A stretch of DNA of 64,000 nt from Eledone cirrhosa (lineage: Eukaryota), in NCBI GenBank assembly GCA_964016885.1, contig CAXHJY010000096.1, forward strand, positions 372,001 to 436,000, written 5' to 3'. A program made the position numbers and the translations under genes. Below are positions 1 to 12,400 of the stretch, in pieces. Numbering within the stretch: the stretch's first letter is position 1; the number at the start of each line of letters is the position of its first letter. Under the pieces are notes generated by a model. That model ran no database searches and was not told the DNA's origin. It saw only the letters and a list, made by a program, of their open reading frames with translations.

Positions 1-233
1 GGGAGATAATTTCCAGCCGTCCAAGGGGAGATAATTTTCAGCCGTCCAAGAAGAGGTAATTTCTAGCCGTCCAAGGGGAGATAATTTCCAGCCGTCCAAG
101 GGGAGATAATTTTTAAAAAAAAATCAGGCGGAGATAATTTGTAAACAAAAATCAGGGGGAGATAATTTGTAAAAAGAAATCAGGGGGAGATAACTTGTAA
201 AAAAAATCAGGGGGAGATAATTTGTAAAAAAAA

Positions 234-473
234 TCAAGGGGAGATAATTTCCAGCCGTCCAAGGGGAGGTAATATCTAGCCATCCAAGGGGAGATAATTT
301 CCAGCCGTCCAAGGGGAGATAATTTCCAGCCGTCCAAGGGGAGATAATTTCCAGCCGTCCAAGGAGACATATTTTCCAGCCGTCCAAGGAGAGGTAATTT
401 CTAGCCGTCCAAGGGGAGATAAATTCCAGCCTCCAAGGGGAGATAATTTCCAGCCAGCCAAGGGGAGATAATT
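234..473 (+). repeat. Representative type-A run (25-bp monomers) with ordered diagnostic variants
   Basis: About 9 tandem copies of AAGGGGAGATAATTTCCAGCCGTCC, with variants in fixed order: GAGGTAATATCTAGCCATCC, GAGACATATTTTCC, GAGAGGTAATTTCT, GATAAATTCCAGCCTCC, CCAGCCAGCC. The same ordered run recurs at ~1280, 5435, 7705, 8780, 11520 and later. Confidence 0.93.
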
Positions 474-2205
474 TGTAAAAAAATCAGGGGGAGATAATTT
501 GTAAAAAAAATCAGGGGGAGATAATTTGTAAAAAAAAATCAGGGGGAGATAATTTGTAAAAAAAAATCAGGGGGAGATAATTTGTAAAAAAAATCAAGGG
601 GAGATAATTTCCAGACGTCCAAGGGGAGATAATTTTCAGCCGTCCAAGGAGAGGTAATTTCTAGCCGTCCAAGGAGAGATAATTTCCAGCCGTCCAAGGG
701 GAGATAATTTCCAGCCGTCCAAGGGGAGATAATTTTTTTAAAAAAATCAGGCGGAGATAAGTTGTAAAAAAAAATCAGGGGGAGATAATTTGTAAAAAAA
801 AATCAGGGGGAGATAATTTGTAAAAAAAAATCAGGGGGAGATAATTTGTAAAAAAAATCAAGGGGAGATAATTTCCAGCCGTCCAAGGGGAGATAATTTC
901 TAGCCGTCCAAGGGGAGATAATTTTTAAAAAAAAATCAGGCGGAGATAAGTTGTAAAAAAAATCAGGGGGAGATAATTTGTAAAAAAAAATCAGGGGGAG
1001 ATAATTTGTAAAAAAATCAAGGGGAGATAATTTCCAGCCGTCCAAGGGGAGATAATTTTCAGCCGTCCAAGGAGAGGTAATTTCTAGCCGTCCAAGGGGA
1101 GATAATTTCCAGCCGTCCAAGGGGAGATAATTTCCAGCCGTCTAAGGGGAGATAATATTTTTAAAAAAATCAGGCGGAGATAATTTGTAAACAAAAATCA
1201 GGGGGAGATAATTTGTAAAAAAAAATCAGGGGGAGATAATTTGTAAAAAAAAATCAGGGGGAGATAATTTGTAAAAAAAATCAAGGGGAGATAATTTCCA
1301 GCCGTCCAAGGGGAGGTAATATCTAGCCATCCAAGGGGAGATAATTTCCAGCCGTCCAAGGGGAGATAATTTCCAGCCGTCCAAGGGGAGATAATTTCCA
1401 GCCGTCCAAGGAGACATATTTTCCAGCCGTCCAAGGAGAGGTAATTTCTAGCCGTCCAAGGGGAGATAAATTCCAGCCTCCAAGGGGAGATAATTTCCAG
1501 CCAGCCAAGGGGAGATAATTTGTAAAAAAAATCAGGGGGAGATAATTTGTAAAAAAAAATCAGGGGGAGATAATTTGTAAAAAAAAATCAGGGGGAGATA
1601 ATTTGTAAAAAAAATCAGGGGGAGATAATTTGTAAAAAAAATCAAGGGGAGTTAATTTCCAGCCGTCCAAGGGGAGATAATTTTCATCCGTCCAAGGATA
1701 GGTAATTTCTAGCCGTCCAAGGAGAGATAATTTCCAGCCGTCCAAGGGGAGATAATTTCCAGCCGTCCAAGGGGAGATAATTTTTTTAAAAAAATCAGGC
1801 GGAGATAAGTTGTAAAAAAAAATCAGGGGGAGATAATTTGTAAAACAAAATCAGGGGGAGATAATTTGTAAAAAAAAATCAGGGGGAGATAATTTGTAAA
1901 AAAAATCAAGAGAAGATAATTTCCAGCCGTCCAAGGGAAGATAATTTCCAGCCCTCCAAGGGGCTATAATTTCCAGCGTCCAAGGGGAGATAATTTCCAG
2001 CCAGCGAAGGGGAGATAATTTTTTTAAAAAAATCACTGGGAGATTTGTAAAAAAAATCAGGGGGAGATAATTTGTAAAAAAAATCAAGGGGAGATAATTT
2101 CCAGCCGTCCAAAGAGAGATAATTTCTAGCCGTCCAAGGGGAGATAATTTCCAGCCAAGGGGAGATAATTTCCAGCCGTCCAAGGGAAGATAATATTTAA
2201 AAAAA

Positions 2206-2480
2206 TCAGGCGGAGATAATTTGTAAAAAAAATCAGGGGGAGATAATTTGTAAAAAAATCAGGGGGAGATAATTTGTAAAAGAAAAATCAGGGGGAGATA
2301 ATTTGTAAAAAAAATCAGGGGGAGATAATTTGTAAAAAAATCAGGGGTAGATAATTTGTAAAAAAAAATCAGGGGGAGATAATTTGTAAAAAAAAATCAG
2401 GGGGAGATAATTTGTAAAAAAAATCAGGGGGAGATAATTTGTAAAAAAAAATCAGGGGGAGATAATTTGTAAAAAAAATC
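2206..2480 (+). repeat. Representative type-B run (26-28-bp poly-A monomers)
   Basis: About 10 tandem copies of TCAGGGGGAGATAATTTGT-A7-9. The run opens with a CAGGCGG variant and contains GTAAAAGAAAAA and GGGGTAGAT variants. It closes with TCAAGGGG leading into a type-A run. Confidence 0.93.
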
Positions 2481-5400
2481 AAGGGGAGATAATTTGCAGC
2501 CGTCCAAGGGGAGATAATTTTCAGCCGTCCAAGGAGAGATAATTTCTAGCCGTCCAAGGGGAGATAATTTCCAGCCGTCCAAGGGGAGATAATTTCCATC
2601 CTTCCAAGGGGAGATAATTTCCCGCCAGCCAAGGAGAGATAATATTTAAAAAAATCAGGCGTAGATAATTTGTAAAAAAAATCAGGGGGAGATAATTTGT
2701 AAAAAAAAAATCAGGGGGAGATAATTTGTAAAAAAAATCAAGGGGAGATAATTTGCAGCCGTCCAAGGGGAGATAATTTTCAGCCGTCCAAGGAGAGATA
2801 ATTTCCAGCCGTCCAAGGGGAGATAATTTTCAGCCGTCCAAGGAGAGGTAATTTCCAGCCGTCCAAGGGGAGATAATTTCCAGCCGTCCAAGGAGACATA
2901 TTTTCCAGCCGTCCAAGGAGAGGTAATTTCTAGCCGTCCAAGGGGAGATAAATTCCAGCCTCCAAGGGGAGATAATTTCCAGCCAGCCAAGGGGAGATAA
3001 TTTGTAAAAAAATCAGGGGGAGATAGTTTGTAAAAAAAATCAGGGGGAGATAATTTGTAAAAAAAAATCAGGTGGAGATTTGTAAAAAAAATCAGAGGGA
3101 GATAATTTGTAAAAAAAATCAAAGAGAGATAATTTCCAGCCATCCAAAGAGAGATAATTTCTAGCCGTCCAAGGGGAGATAATTTCCAGCCAAGGGGAGA
3201 TAATTTCCAGCCGTGCAAGGGGAGATAATTTCCAGCCGTCCAAGGGGAGATAATTTCCATCCTTCCAAGGGGAGATAATTTCGAGCCGTCCAAGGGGAGA
3301 TAATTTCCCGCCAGCCAAGGGAAGATAATTTTTAAAAAAATCAGGCGGAGATTGTAAAAAAAATCAGGGGGAGATAATTTGTAAAAAAATCAGGGGGAGA
3401 TAATTTGTAAAAAAAAAATCAGGGGGAGATAATTTGTAAAAAAAAATCAGGGGGAGATAATTTGTAAAAAAAAATCAGGGGAGATAATTTGCAAAAAAAA
3501 TCAGGGGGAGATAATTTGTAAAAAAAAATCAGGGGGAGATAATTTGTAAAAAAAATCAGGGGGAGATAATTTGTAGCCGTCCAAGGGGAGATAATTTCCC
3601 GCCAGCCAAGGAGAGATAATATTTAAAAAAATCAGGCGGAGATAATTTGTAAAAAAAATCAGGGGGAGATAATTTGTAAAAAAAATCAGGGGGAGATAAT
3701 TTGTAAAAAAAATCAGGGGGAGATAATTTGTAAAAAAAATCAGGGGGAGATAATTTGTAAAAAAAAATCAGGGTGAGATAATTTGTAAAAAAATCAAGGG
3801 GAGATAATTTCCAGCCGTCCAAGGGGAGATAATTTTCAGCCGTCCAAGGAGAGGTAATTTCTAGCCGTCCAAGGGGAGATAATTTCCAGCCGTCCAAGGG
3901 GAGATAATTTCCAGCCGTCCAAGTGGAGATAATTTCCAGCCGTCCAAGGAGACATATTTTCCAGCCGTCCAAGGAGAGGTAATTTCTAGCCGTCCAAGGG
4001 GAGATAAATTCATGCCTCCAAGGGGAGATAATTTCCAGCCAGCCAAGGGGAGATAATTTGTAAAAAAATCAGGGGGAGATAATTTGTAAAAAAAATCAGG
4101 GGGAGATAATTTGTAAAAAAAAATCAGGGGGAGATAATTTGTAAAAAAAAATCAGGGGAGATAATTTGTAAAAAAAATCAGGGGGAGATAATTTGTAAAA
4201 AAAATCAAGGGGAGATAATTTCCAGCCGTCCAAGGGGAGATAATTTTCAATTGTCCAAGGAGAGGTAATTTCTAGCCGTCCAAGGAGAGATAATTTCCAG
4301 CCGTCCAAGGGGAGATAATTTCCAGCCGTCCAAGGGGAGATGATTTTTTTAAAAAAATCAGGCGGAGATAAGTTGTAAAAAAAAATCAGGGGGAGATAAT
4401 TTGTAAAAAAAAATCAGGGGGAGATAATTTGTAAAAAAAAATCAGGGGGAGATAATTTGTAAAAAAAATCAAGGGGAGATAATTTCCAGCCGTCCAAGGG
4501 AAGATAATTTCCAGCCCTCCAAGGGGCTATAATTTCCAGCGTCCAAGGGGAGATAATTTCCAGCCAGCGAAGGGGAGATAATTTTTTTAAAAAATCACTG
4601 GGATATTTGTAAAAAAAATCAGGGGGAGATAATTTGTAAAAAAAATCAAGGGGAGATAATTTCCAGCCGTCCAAAGAGAGATAATTTCTAGCCATCCAAG
4701 GGGAGATAATTTCCAGCCTTCCAAGGGGAGATAATTTTTTAAAAAATCAGGTGGAGATAATTTGTAAAAAAAATCAGTGGAAGATAATTTGTAAAAAGAA
4801 AATCAAGGGCAGATAATTTCCAGCCGTCCAAGGGGAGATAATTTCCCGCCAGCCAAGGGAAGATAATATTTAAAAAAATCAGGCGGAGATAATTTGTAAA
4901 AAAAATCAGGGGGAGATAATTTGTAAAAAAATCAGGGGGAGATAATTTGTAAAAGAAAAATCAGGGGGAGATAATTTGTAAAAAGAAAATCAAGGGGAGA
5001 TAATTTCCAGCCGTCCAAGGGGAGATAATTTCCCGCCAGCCAAGGAGAGATATTTAAAAAAATCAGGCGGAGATAATTTGTAAAAAAAATCAGGGGGAGA
5101 TAATTTGTAAAAAAAATCAGGGGGAGATAATTTGTAAAAAAAATCAGGGGGAGATAATTTGTAAAAAAAATCAAGGGGAGATAATTTCCAGCCGTCCAAG
5201 GGGAGATAATTTTCAGCCGTCCAAGGAGAGGTAATTTCTAGCCGTCCAAGGGGAGATAATTTCCAGCCGTCCAAGGGGAGATAATTTCCAGCCGTCCAAC
5301 GGGAGATAATTTTTTAAAAAAAATCAGGCGGAGATAATTTGTAAACAAAAATCAGGGGGAGATAATTTGTAAAAAAAAATCAGGGGGAGATAATTTGTAA

Positions 5401-7449
5401 AAAAAAATCAGGGGGAGATAATTTGTAAAAAAAATCAAGGGGAGATAATTTCCAGCCGTCCAAGGGGAGGTAATATCTAGCCATCCAAGGGGAGATAATT
5501 TCCAGCCGTCCAAGGGGAGATAATTTCCAGCCGTCCAAGGGGAGATAACTTCCAGCCGTCCAAGGAGACATATTTTCCAGCCGTCCAAGGAGAGGTAATT
5601 TCTAGCCGTCCAAGGGGAGATAAATTCCAGCCTCCAAGGGGAGATAATTTCCAGCCAACCAAGGGGAGATAATTTGTAAAAAAATCAGGGGGAGATAATT
5701 TGTAAAAAAATCAGGGGGAGATAATTTGTAAAAAAAAATCAGGGGGAGATAATTTGTAAAAAAAAATCAGAGGGAGATAATTTGTAAAAAAAATCAGGGG
5801 GAGATAATTTGTAAAAAAAATCAAGGGGAGTTAATTTCCAGCCGTCCAAGGGGAGATAATTTTCATCCGTCCAAGGATTGGTAATTTCTAGCCGTCCAAG
5901 GAGAGATAATTTCCAGCCGTCCAAGGGGAGATAATTTCCAGCCGTCCAAGGGGAGATAATTTTTTTAAAAAAATCAGGCGGAGATAAGTTGTAAAAAAAA
6001 ATCAGGGGGAGATAATTTGTAAAAAAAAATCAGGGGGAGATAATTTGTAAAAAAAAATCAGGGGGAGATAATTTGTAAAAAAAATCAAGAGAAGATAATT
6101 TCCAGCCGTCCAAGGGAAGATAATTTCCAGCCCTCCAAGGGGCTATAATTTCCAGCGTCCAAGGGGAGATAATTTCCAGCCAGCGAAGGGGAGATAATTT
6201 TTAAAAAAAAATCACTGGGAGATTTGTAAAAAAAATCAGGGGGAGATAATTTGTAAAAAAAATCAAGGGGAGATAATTTCCAGCCGTCCAAAGAGAGATA
6301 ATTTCTAGCCGTCCAAGGGGAGATAATTTCCAGCCAAGGGGAGATAATTTCCAGCCGTCCAAGGGAAGATAATATTTAAAAAAATCAGGCGGAGATAATT
6401 TGTAAAAAAAATCAGGGGGAGATAATTTGTAAAAAAATCAGGGGGAGATAATTTGTAAAAGAAAAATCAGGGGGAGATAATTTGTAAAAAAAATCAGGGG
6501 GAGATAATTTGTAAAAAAAATCAGGGGTAGATAATTTGTAAAAAAAAATCAGGGGGAGATAATTTGTAAAAAAAAATCAGGGGGAGATAATTTGTAAAAA
6601 AAATCAGGGAGAGATAATTTGTGAAAAAAAATCAGGGGGAGATAATTTGTAAAAAAAATCAAGGGGAGATAATTTGCAGCCGTCCAAGGGGAGATAATTT
6701 TCAGCCGTCCAAGGAGAGATAATTTCTAGCCGTCCAAGGGGAGATAATTTCCAGCCGTCCAAGGGGAGATAATTTCCAGCCGTCCAAGGGGAGATAATTT
6801 TTTTAAAAAAATCAGGCGGAGATAATTTGTATAAAAAAAATCAGGGGGAGATAATTTGTAAAAAAAAATCAGGGGGAGATAATTTGTAAAAAAAAATCAG
6901 GGGGAGATAATTTGTAAAAAAAATCAAGGGGAGATAATTTCCAGCCGTCCAAGGGAAGATAATTTCCAGCCGTCCAAGGGAAGATAATTTCCAGGCCTCC
7001 AAGGGGCTATAATTTCCAGCGTCCAAGGGGAGATAATTTTTTTTTTAAAAATCAGGGGGAGATAATTTGTAAAAAAAATCAGGGGGAGATAATTTGTAAA
7101 AAAAATCAAGGGGAGATAATTTCCAGCCAAGGGGAGATAATTTCCAGCCGTCCAAGGGGAGATAATTTCCAGCAGTGCAAGGGGAGATAATTTCCAGCCG
7201 TCCAAGGGGAGATAATTTCCAACCTTCCAAGGGGAGATAATTTTCAGCCGTCCAAGGATAGATAATTTCCCGCCAGCCAAGGAGAGATAATATTTAAAAA
7301 AATCAGGCGGAGATAATTTGTAAAAAAAATCAGGGGGAGATAATTTGTAAAAAAAATCAGGGGGAGATAATTTGTAAAAAAAAATCAGGGGTAGATAATT
7401 TGTAAAAAAAAATCAGGGGGAGATAATTTGTAAAAAAAAAATCAGGGGG

Positions 7450-9480
7450 AGATAATTTGTAAAAAAATCAAGGGGAGATAATTTCCAGCCGTCCAAGGGG
7501 AGATAATTTTCAGCCGTCCAAGGAGAGGTAATTTCTAGCCGTACAAGGGGAGATAATTTCCAGCCGTCCAAGGGGAGATAATTTTTTAAAAAAAATCAGG
7601 CGGAGATAATTTGTAAACAAAAATCAGGGGGAGATAATTTGTAAAAAGAAATCAGGGGGAGATAACTTGTAAAAAAAATCAGGGGGAGATAATTTGTAAA
7701 AAAAATCAAGGGGAGATAATTTCCAGCCGTCCAAGGGGAGGTAATATCTAGCCATCCAAGGGGAGATAATTTCCAGCCGTCCAAGGGGAGATAATTTCCA
7801 GCCGTCCAAGGGGAGATAATTTCCAGCCGTCCAAGGAGACATATTTTCCAGCCGTCCAAGGAGAGGTAATTTCTAGCCGTCCAAGGGGAGATAAATTCCA
7901 GCCTCCAAGGGGAGATAATTTCCAGCCAGCCAAGGGGAGATAATTTGTAAAAAAATCAGGGGGAGATAATTTGTAAAAAAAAATCAGGGGGAGATAATTT
8001 GTAAAAAAAATCAGGGGGAGATAATTTGTAAAAAAAAATCAGGGGGAGATAATTTGTAAAAAAAATCAAGGGGAGATAATTTCCAGACGTCCAAGGGGAG
8101 ATAATTTTCAGTTGTCCAAGGAGAGGTAATTTCTAGCCGTCCAAGGAGAGATAATTTCCAGCCGTCCAAGGGGAGATAATTTCCAGCCGTCCAAGGGGAG
8201 ATAATTTTTTTAAAAAAATCAGGCGGAGATAAGTTGTAAAAAAAAATCAGGGGGAGATAATTTGTAAAAAAAAATCAGGGGGAGATAATTTGTAAAAAAA
8301 AATCAGGGGGAGATAATTTGTAAAAAAAATCAAGGGGAGATAATTTCCAGCCGTCCAAGGGAAGATAATTTCCAGCCGTCCAAGGGGAGATAATTTCTAG
8401 CCGTCCAAGGGGAGATAATTTTTTTAAAAAAATCAGGCGGAGATAAGTTGTAAAAAAAATCAGGGGGAGATAATTTGTAAAAAAAAATCAGGGGGAGATA
8501 ATTTGTAAAAAAATCAAGGGGAGATAATTTCCAGCCGTCCAAGGGGAGATAATTTTCAGCCGTCCAAGGAGAGGTAATTTCTAGCCGTCCAAGGGGAGAT
8601 AATTTCCAGCCGTCCAAGGGGAGATAATTTCCAGCCGTCTAAGGGGAGATAATTTTTTTAAAAAAATCAGGCGGAGATAATTTGTAAACAAAAATCAGGG
8701 GGAGATAATTTGTAAAAAAAAATCAGGGGGAGATAATTTGTAAAAAAAAATCAGGGGGAGATAATTTGTAAAAAAAATCAAGGGGAGATAATTTCCAGCC
8801 GTCCAAGGGGAGGTAATATCTAGCCATCCAAGGGGAGATAATTTCCAGCCGTCCAAGGGGAGATAATTTCCAGCCGTCCAAGGGGAGATAATTTCCAGCC
8901 GTCCAAGGAGACATATTTTCCAGCCGTCCAAGGAGAGGTAATTTCTAGCCGTCCAAGGGGAGATAAATTCCAGCCTCCAAGGGGAGATAATTTCCAGCCA
9001 GCCAAGGGGAGATAATTTGTAAAAAAAATCAGGGGGAGATAATTTGTAAAAAAAAATCAGGGGGAGATAATTTGTAAAAAAAAATCAGGGGGAGATAATT
9101 TGTAAAAAAAATCAGGGGGAGATAATTTGTAAAAAAAATCAAGGGGAGTTAATTTCCAGCCGTCCAAGGGGAGATAATTTTCAGCCGTCCAAGGATAGGT
9201 AATTTCTAGCCGTCCAAGGAGAGATAATTTCCAGCCGTCCAAGGGGAGATAATTTCCAGCCGTCCAAGGGGAGATAATTTTTTTAAAAAAATCAGGCGGA
9301 GATAAGTTGTAAAAAAAAATCAGGGGGAGATAATTTGTAAAAAAAATCAGGGGGAGATAATTTGTAAAAAAAAATCAGGGGGAGATAATTTGTAAAAAAA
9401 ATCAAGAGAAGATAATTTCCAGCCGTCCAAGGGAAGATAATTTCCAGCCCTCCAAGGGGCTATAATTTCCAGCGTCCAAG
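7450..9480 (+). repeat. Partial re-copy of the window start (offset ~7,472-7,497 bp)
   Basis: ORF offsets 124>7596, 1198>8695, 1560>9057. Shared variants include GATAACTTGT, CCAGACGTCC and CCGTCTAAGG. Confidence 0.85.
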
Positions 9481-12400
9481 GGGAGATAATTTCCAGCCGT
9501 CCAAGGGGAGATAATTTCCAGCCGTCCAAGGAGACATATTTTCCAGCCGTCCAAGGAGAGGTAATTTCTAGCCGTCCAAGGGGAGATAAATTCCTGCCTC
9601 CAAGGGGAGATAATTTCCAGCCAGCCAAGGGTAGATAATTTGTAAAAAAATCAGGGGGAGATAATTTGTAAAAAAAATCAGGGGGAGATAATTTGTAAAA
9701 AAAAATCAGGGGGAGATAATTTGTAAAAAAAAATCAGGGGAGATAATTTGTAAAAAAAATCAGGGGGAGATAATTTGTAAAAAAAAATCAAGGGGAGATA
9801 ATTTCCAGCCGTCCAAGGGGAGATAATTTTCAGCCGTCCAAGGAGAGGTAATTTCTAGCCGTCCAAGGAGAGATAATTTCCAGCCGTCCAAGGGGAGATA
9901 ATTTCCAGCCGTCCAAGGGGAGATGATTTTTAAAAAAAAATCAGGCGGAGATAAGTTGTAAAAAAAAATCAGGGGGAGATAATTTGTAAAAAAAAATCAG
10001 GGGGAGATAATTTGTAAAAAAAAATCAGGGGGAGATAATTTGTAAAAAAAATCAAGGGGAGATAATTTCCAGCCGTCCAAGGGGAGGTAATATCTAGCCA
10101 TCCAAGGGGAGATAATTTCCAGCCGTCCAAGGGGAGATAATTTCCAGCCGTCCAAGGGGAGATAATTTGTAAAAAAATCAGGGGGAGATAATTTGTAAAA
10201 AAAAATCAGGGGGAGATAATTTGTAAAAAAAAATCAGGGGAGATAATTTGTAAAAAAAATCAGTGGGAGATAATTTGTAAAAAAAATCAAGGGGAGATAA
10301 TTTCCAGCCGTCCAAGGGGAGATAATTTTCAATTGTCCAAGGAGAGGTAATTTCTAGCCGTCCAAGGAGAGATAATTTCCAGCCGTCCAAGGGGAGATAA
10401 TTTCCAGCCGTCCAAGGGGAGATGATTTTTTAAAAAAAATCAGGCGGAGATAAGTTGTAAAAAAAAATCAGGGGGAGATAATTTGTAAAAAAAAATCAGG
10501 GGGAGATAATTTGTAAAAAAAATCAAGGGGAGATAATTTCCAGCCGTCCAAGGGAAGATAATTTCCAGCCCTCCAAGGGGCTATAATTTCCAGCGTCCAA
10601 GGGGAGATAATTTCCAGCCAGCGAAGGGGAGATAATTTTTAAAAAAAAATCACTGGGATATTTGTAAAAAAAATCAGGGGGAGATAATTTGTAAAAAAAA
10701 TCAAGGGGAGATAATTTCCAGCCGTCCAAAGAGAGATAATTTCTAGCCGTCCAAGGGGAGATAATTTCCAGCCTTCCAAGGGGAGATAATTTTTTAAAAA
10801 ATCAGGTGGAGATAATTTGTAAAAAAAATCAGTGGAAGATAATTTGTAAAAAGAAAATCAAGGGCAGATAATTTCCAGCCGTCCAAGGGGAGATAATTTC
10901 CCGCCAGCCAAGGGAAGATAATATTTAAAAAAATCAGGCGGAGATAATTTGTAAAAAAAATCAGGGGGAGATAATTTGTAAAAAAATCAGGGGGAGATAA
11001 TTTGTAAAAGAAAAATCAGGGGGAGATAATTTGTAAAAAGAAAATCAAGGGGAGATAATTTCCAGCCGTCCAAGGGGAGATAATTTCCCGCCAGCCAAGG
11101 AGAGATAATATTTAAAAAAACAGGCGGAGATAATTTGTAAAAAAAATCAGGGGGAGATAATTTGTAAAAAAAATCAGGGGGAGATAATTTGTAAAAAAAA
11201 TCAGGGGGAGATAATTTGTAAAAAAAAAATCAGGGGGAGATAATTTGTAAAAAAATCAAGGGGAGATAATTTCCAGCCGTCCAAGGGGAGATAATTTTCA
11301 GCCGTCCAAGGAGAGGTAATTTCTAGCCGTCCAAGGGGAGATAATTTCCAGCCGTCCAAGGGGAGATAATTTCCAGCCGTCCAACGGGAGATAATTTTTA
11401 AAAAAAAATCAGGCGGAGATAATTTGTAAACAAAAATCAGGGGGAGATAATTTGTAAAAAAAAATCAGGGGGAGATAATTTGTAAAAAAAAATCAGGGGG
11501 AGATAATTTGTAAAAAAAATCAAGGGGAGATAATTTCCAGCCGTCCAAGGGGAGGTAATATCTAGCCATCCAAGGGGAGATAATTTCCAGCCGTCCAAGG
11601 GGAGATAATTTCCAGCCGTCCAAGGGGAGATAATTTCCAGCCGTCCAAGGAGACATATTTTCCAGCCGTCCAAGGAGAGGTAATTTCTAGCCGTCCAAGG
11701 GGAGATAAATTCCAGCCTCCAAGGGGAGATAATTTCCAGCCAGCCAAGGGGAGATAATTTGTAAAAAAATCAGGGGGAGATAATTTGTAAAAAAAATCAG
11801 GGGGAGATAATTTGTAACAAAAAATCAGGGGGAGATAATTTGTAAAAAAAAATCAGGGGGAGATAATTTGTAAAAAAAATCAGGGGGAGATAATTTGTAA
11901 AGAAAATCAAGGGGAGTTAATTTCCAGCCGTCCAAGGGGAGATAATTTTCATCCGTCCAAGGATAGGTAATTTCTAGCCGTCCAAGGAGAGATAATTTCC
12001 AGCCGTCCAAGGGGAGATAATTTCCAGCCGTCCAAGGGGAGATAATTTTTTTAAAAAAATCAGGCGGAGATAAGTTGTAAAAAAAATCAGGGGGAGATAA
12101 TTTGTAAAAAAAAATCAGGGGGAGATAATTTGTAAAAAAAAATCAGGGGGAGATAATTTGTAAAAAAAATCAAGAGAAGATAATTTCCAGCCGTCCAAGG
12201 GAAGATAATTTCCAGCCCTCCAAGGGGCTATAATTTCCAGCGTCCAAGGGGAGATAATTTCCAGCCAGCGAAGGGGAGATAATTTTAAAAAAAAAATCAG
12301 TGGGAGATTTGTAAAAAAAATCAGGGGGAGATAATTTGTAAAAAAAATCAAGGGGAGATAATTTCCAGCCGTCCAAAGAGAGATAATTTCTAGCCGTCCA

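Larger units (their letters stand above)
100..7125 (+). repeat. Higher-order duplication, copy 1 (partner ~13732-20757; offset 13,632 bp)
   Basis: The ORF-track pattern repeats at a constant +13,632 (124>13756, 2682>16314, 4932>18564, 6841>20473). The rare variant TTGTAGCCGT at 3571 recurs at 17203. Confidence 0.92.

Noticed and set aside
238-252. NF-kB/Rel-like site GGGGAGATAATTTCC
   Set aside because: The spacing between the GGG and TTCC half-sites is too long for the 10-11-bp kB consensus.
2206-2480. Phased A-tract macroscopic curvature (kinetoplast-like)
   Set aside because: The A-tract period of ~27 bp is about 2.5 helical turns, so successive bends should largely oppose rather than add. 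It would need modelling to claim more.
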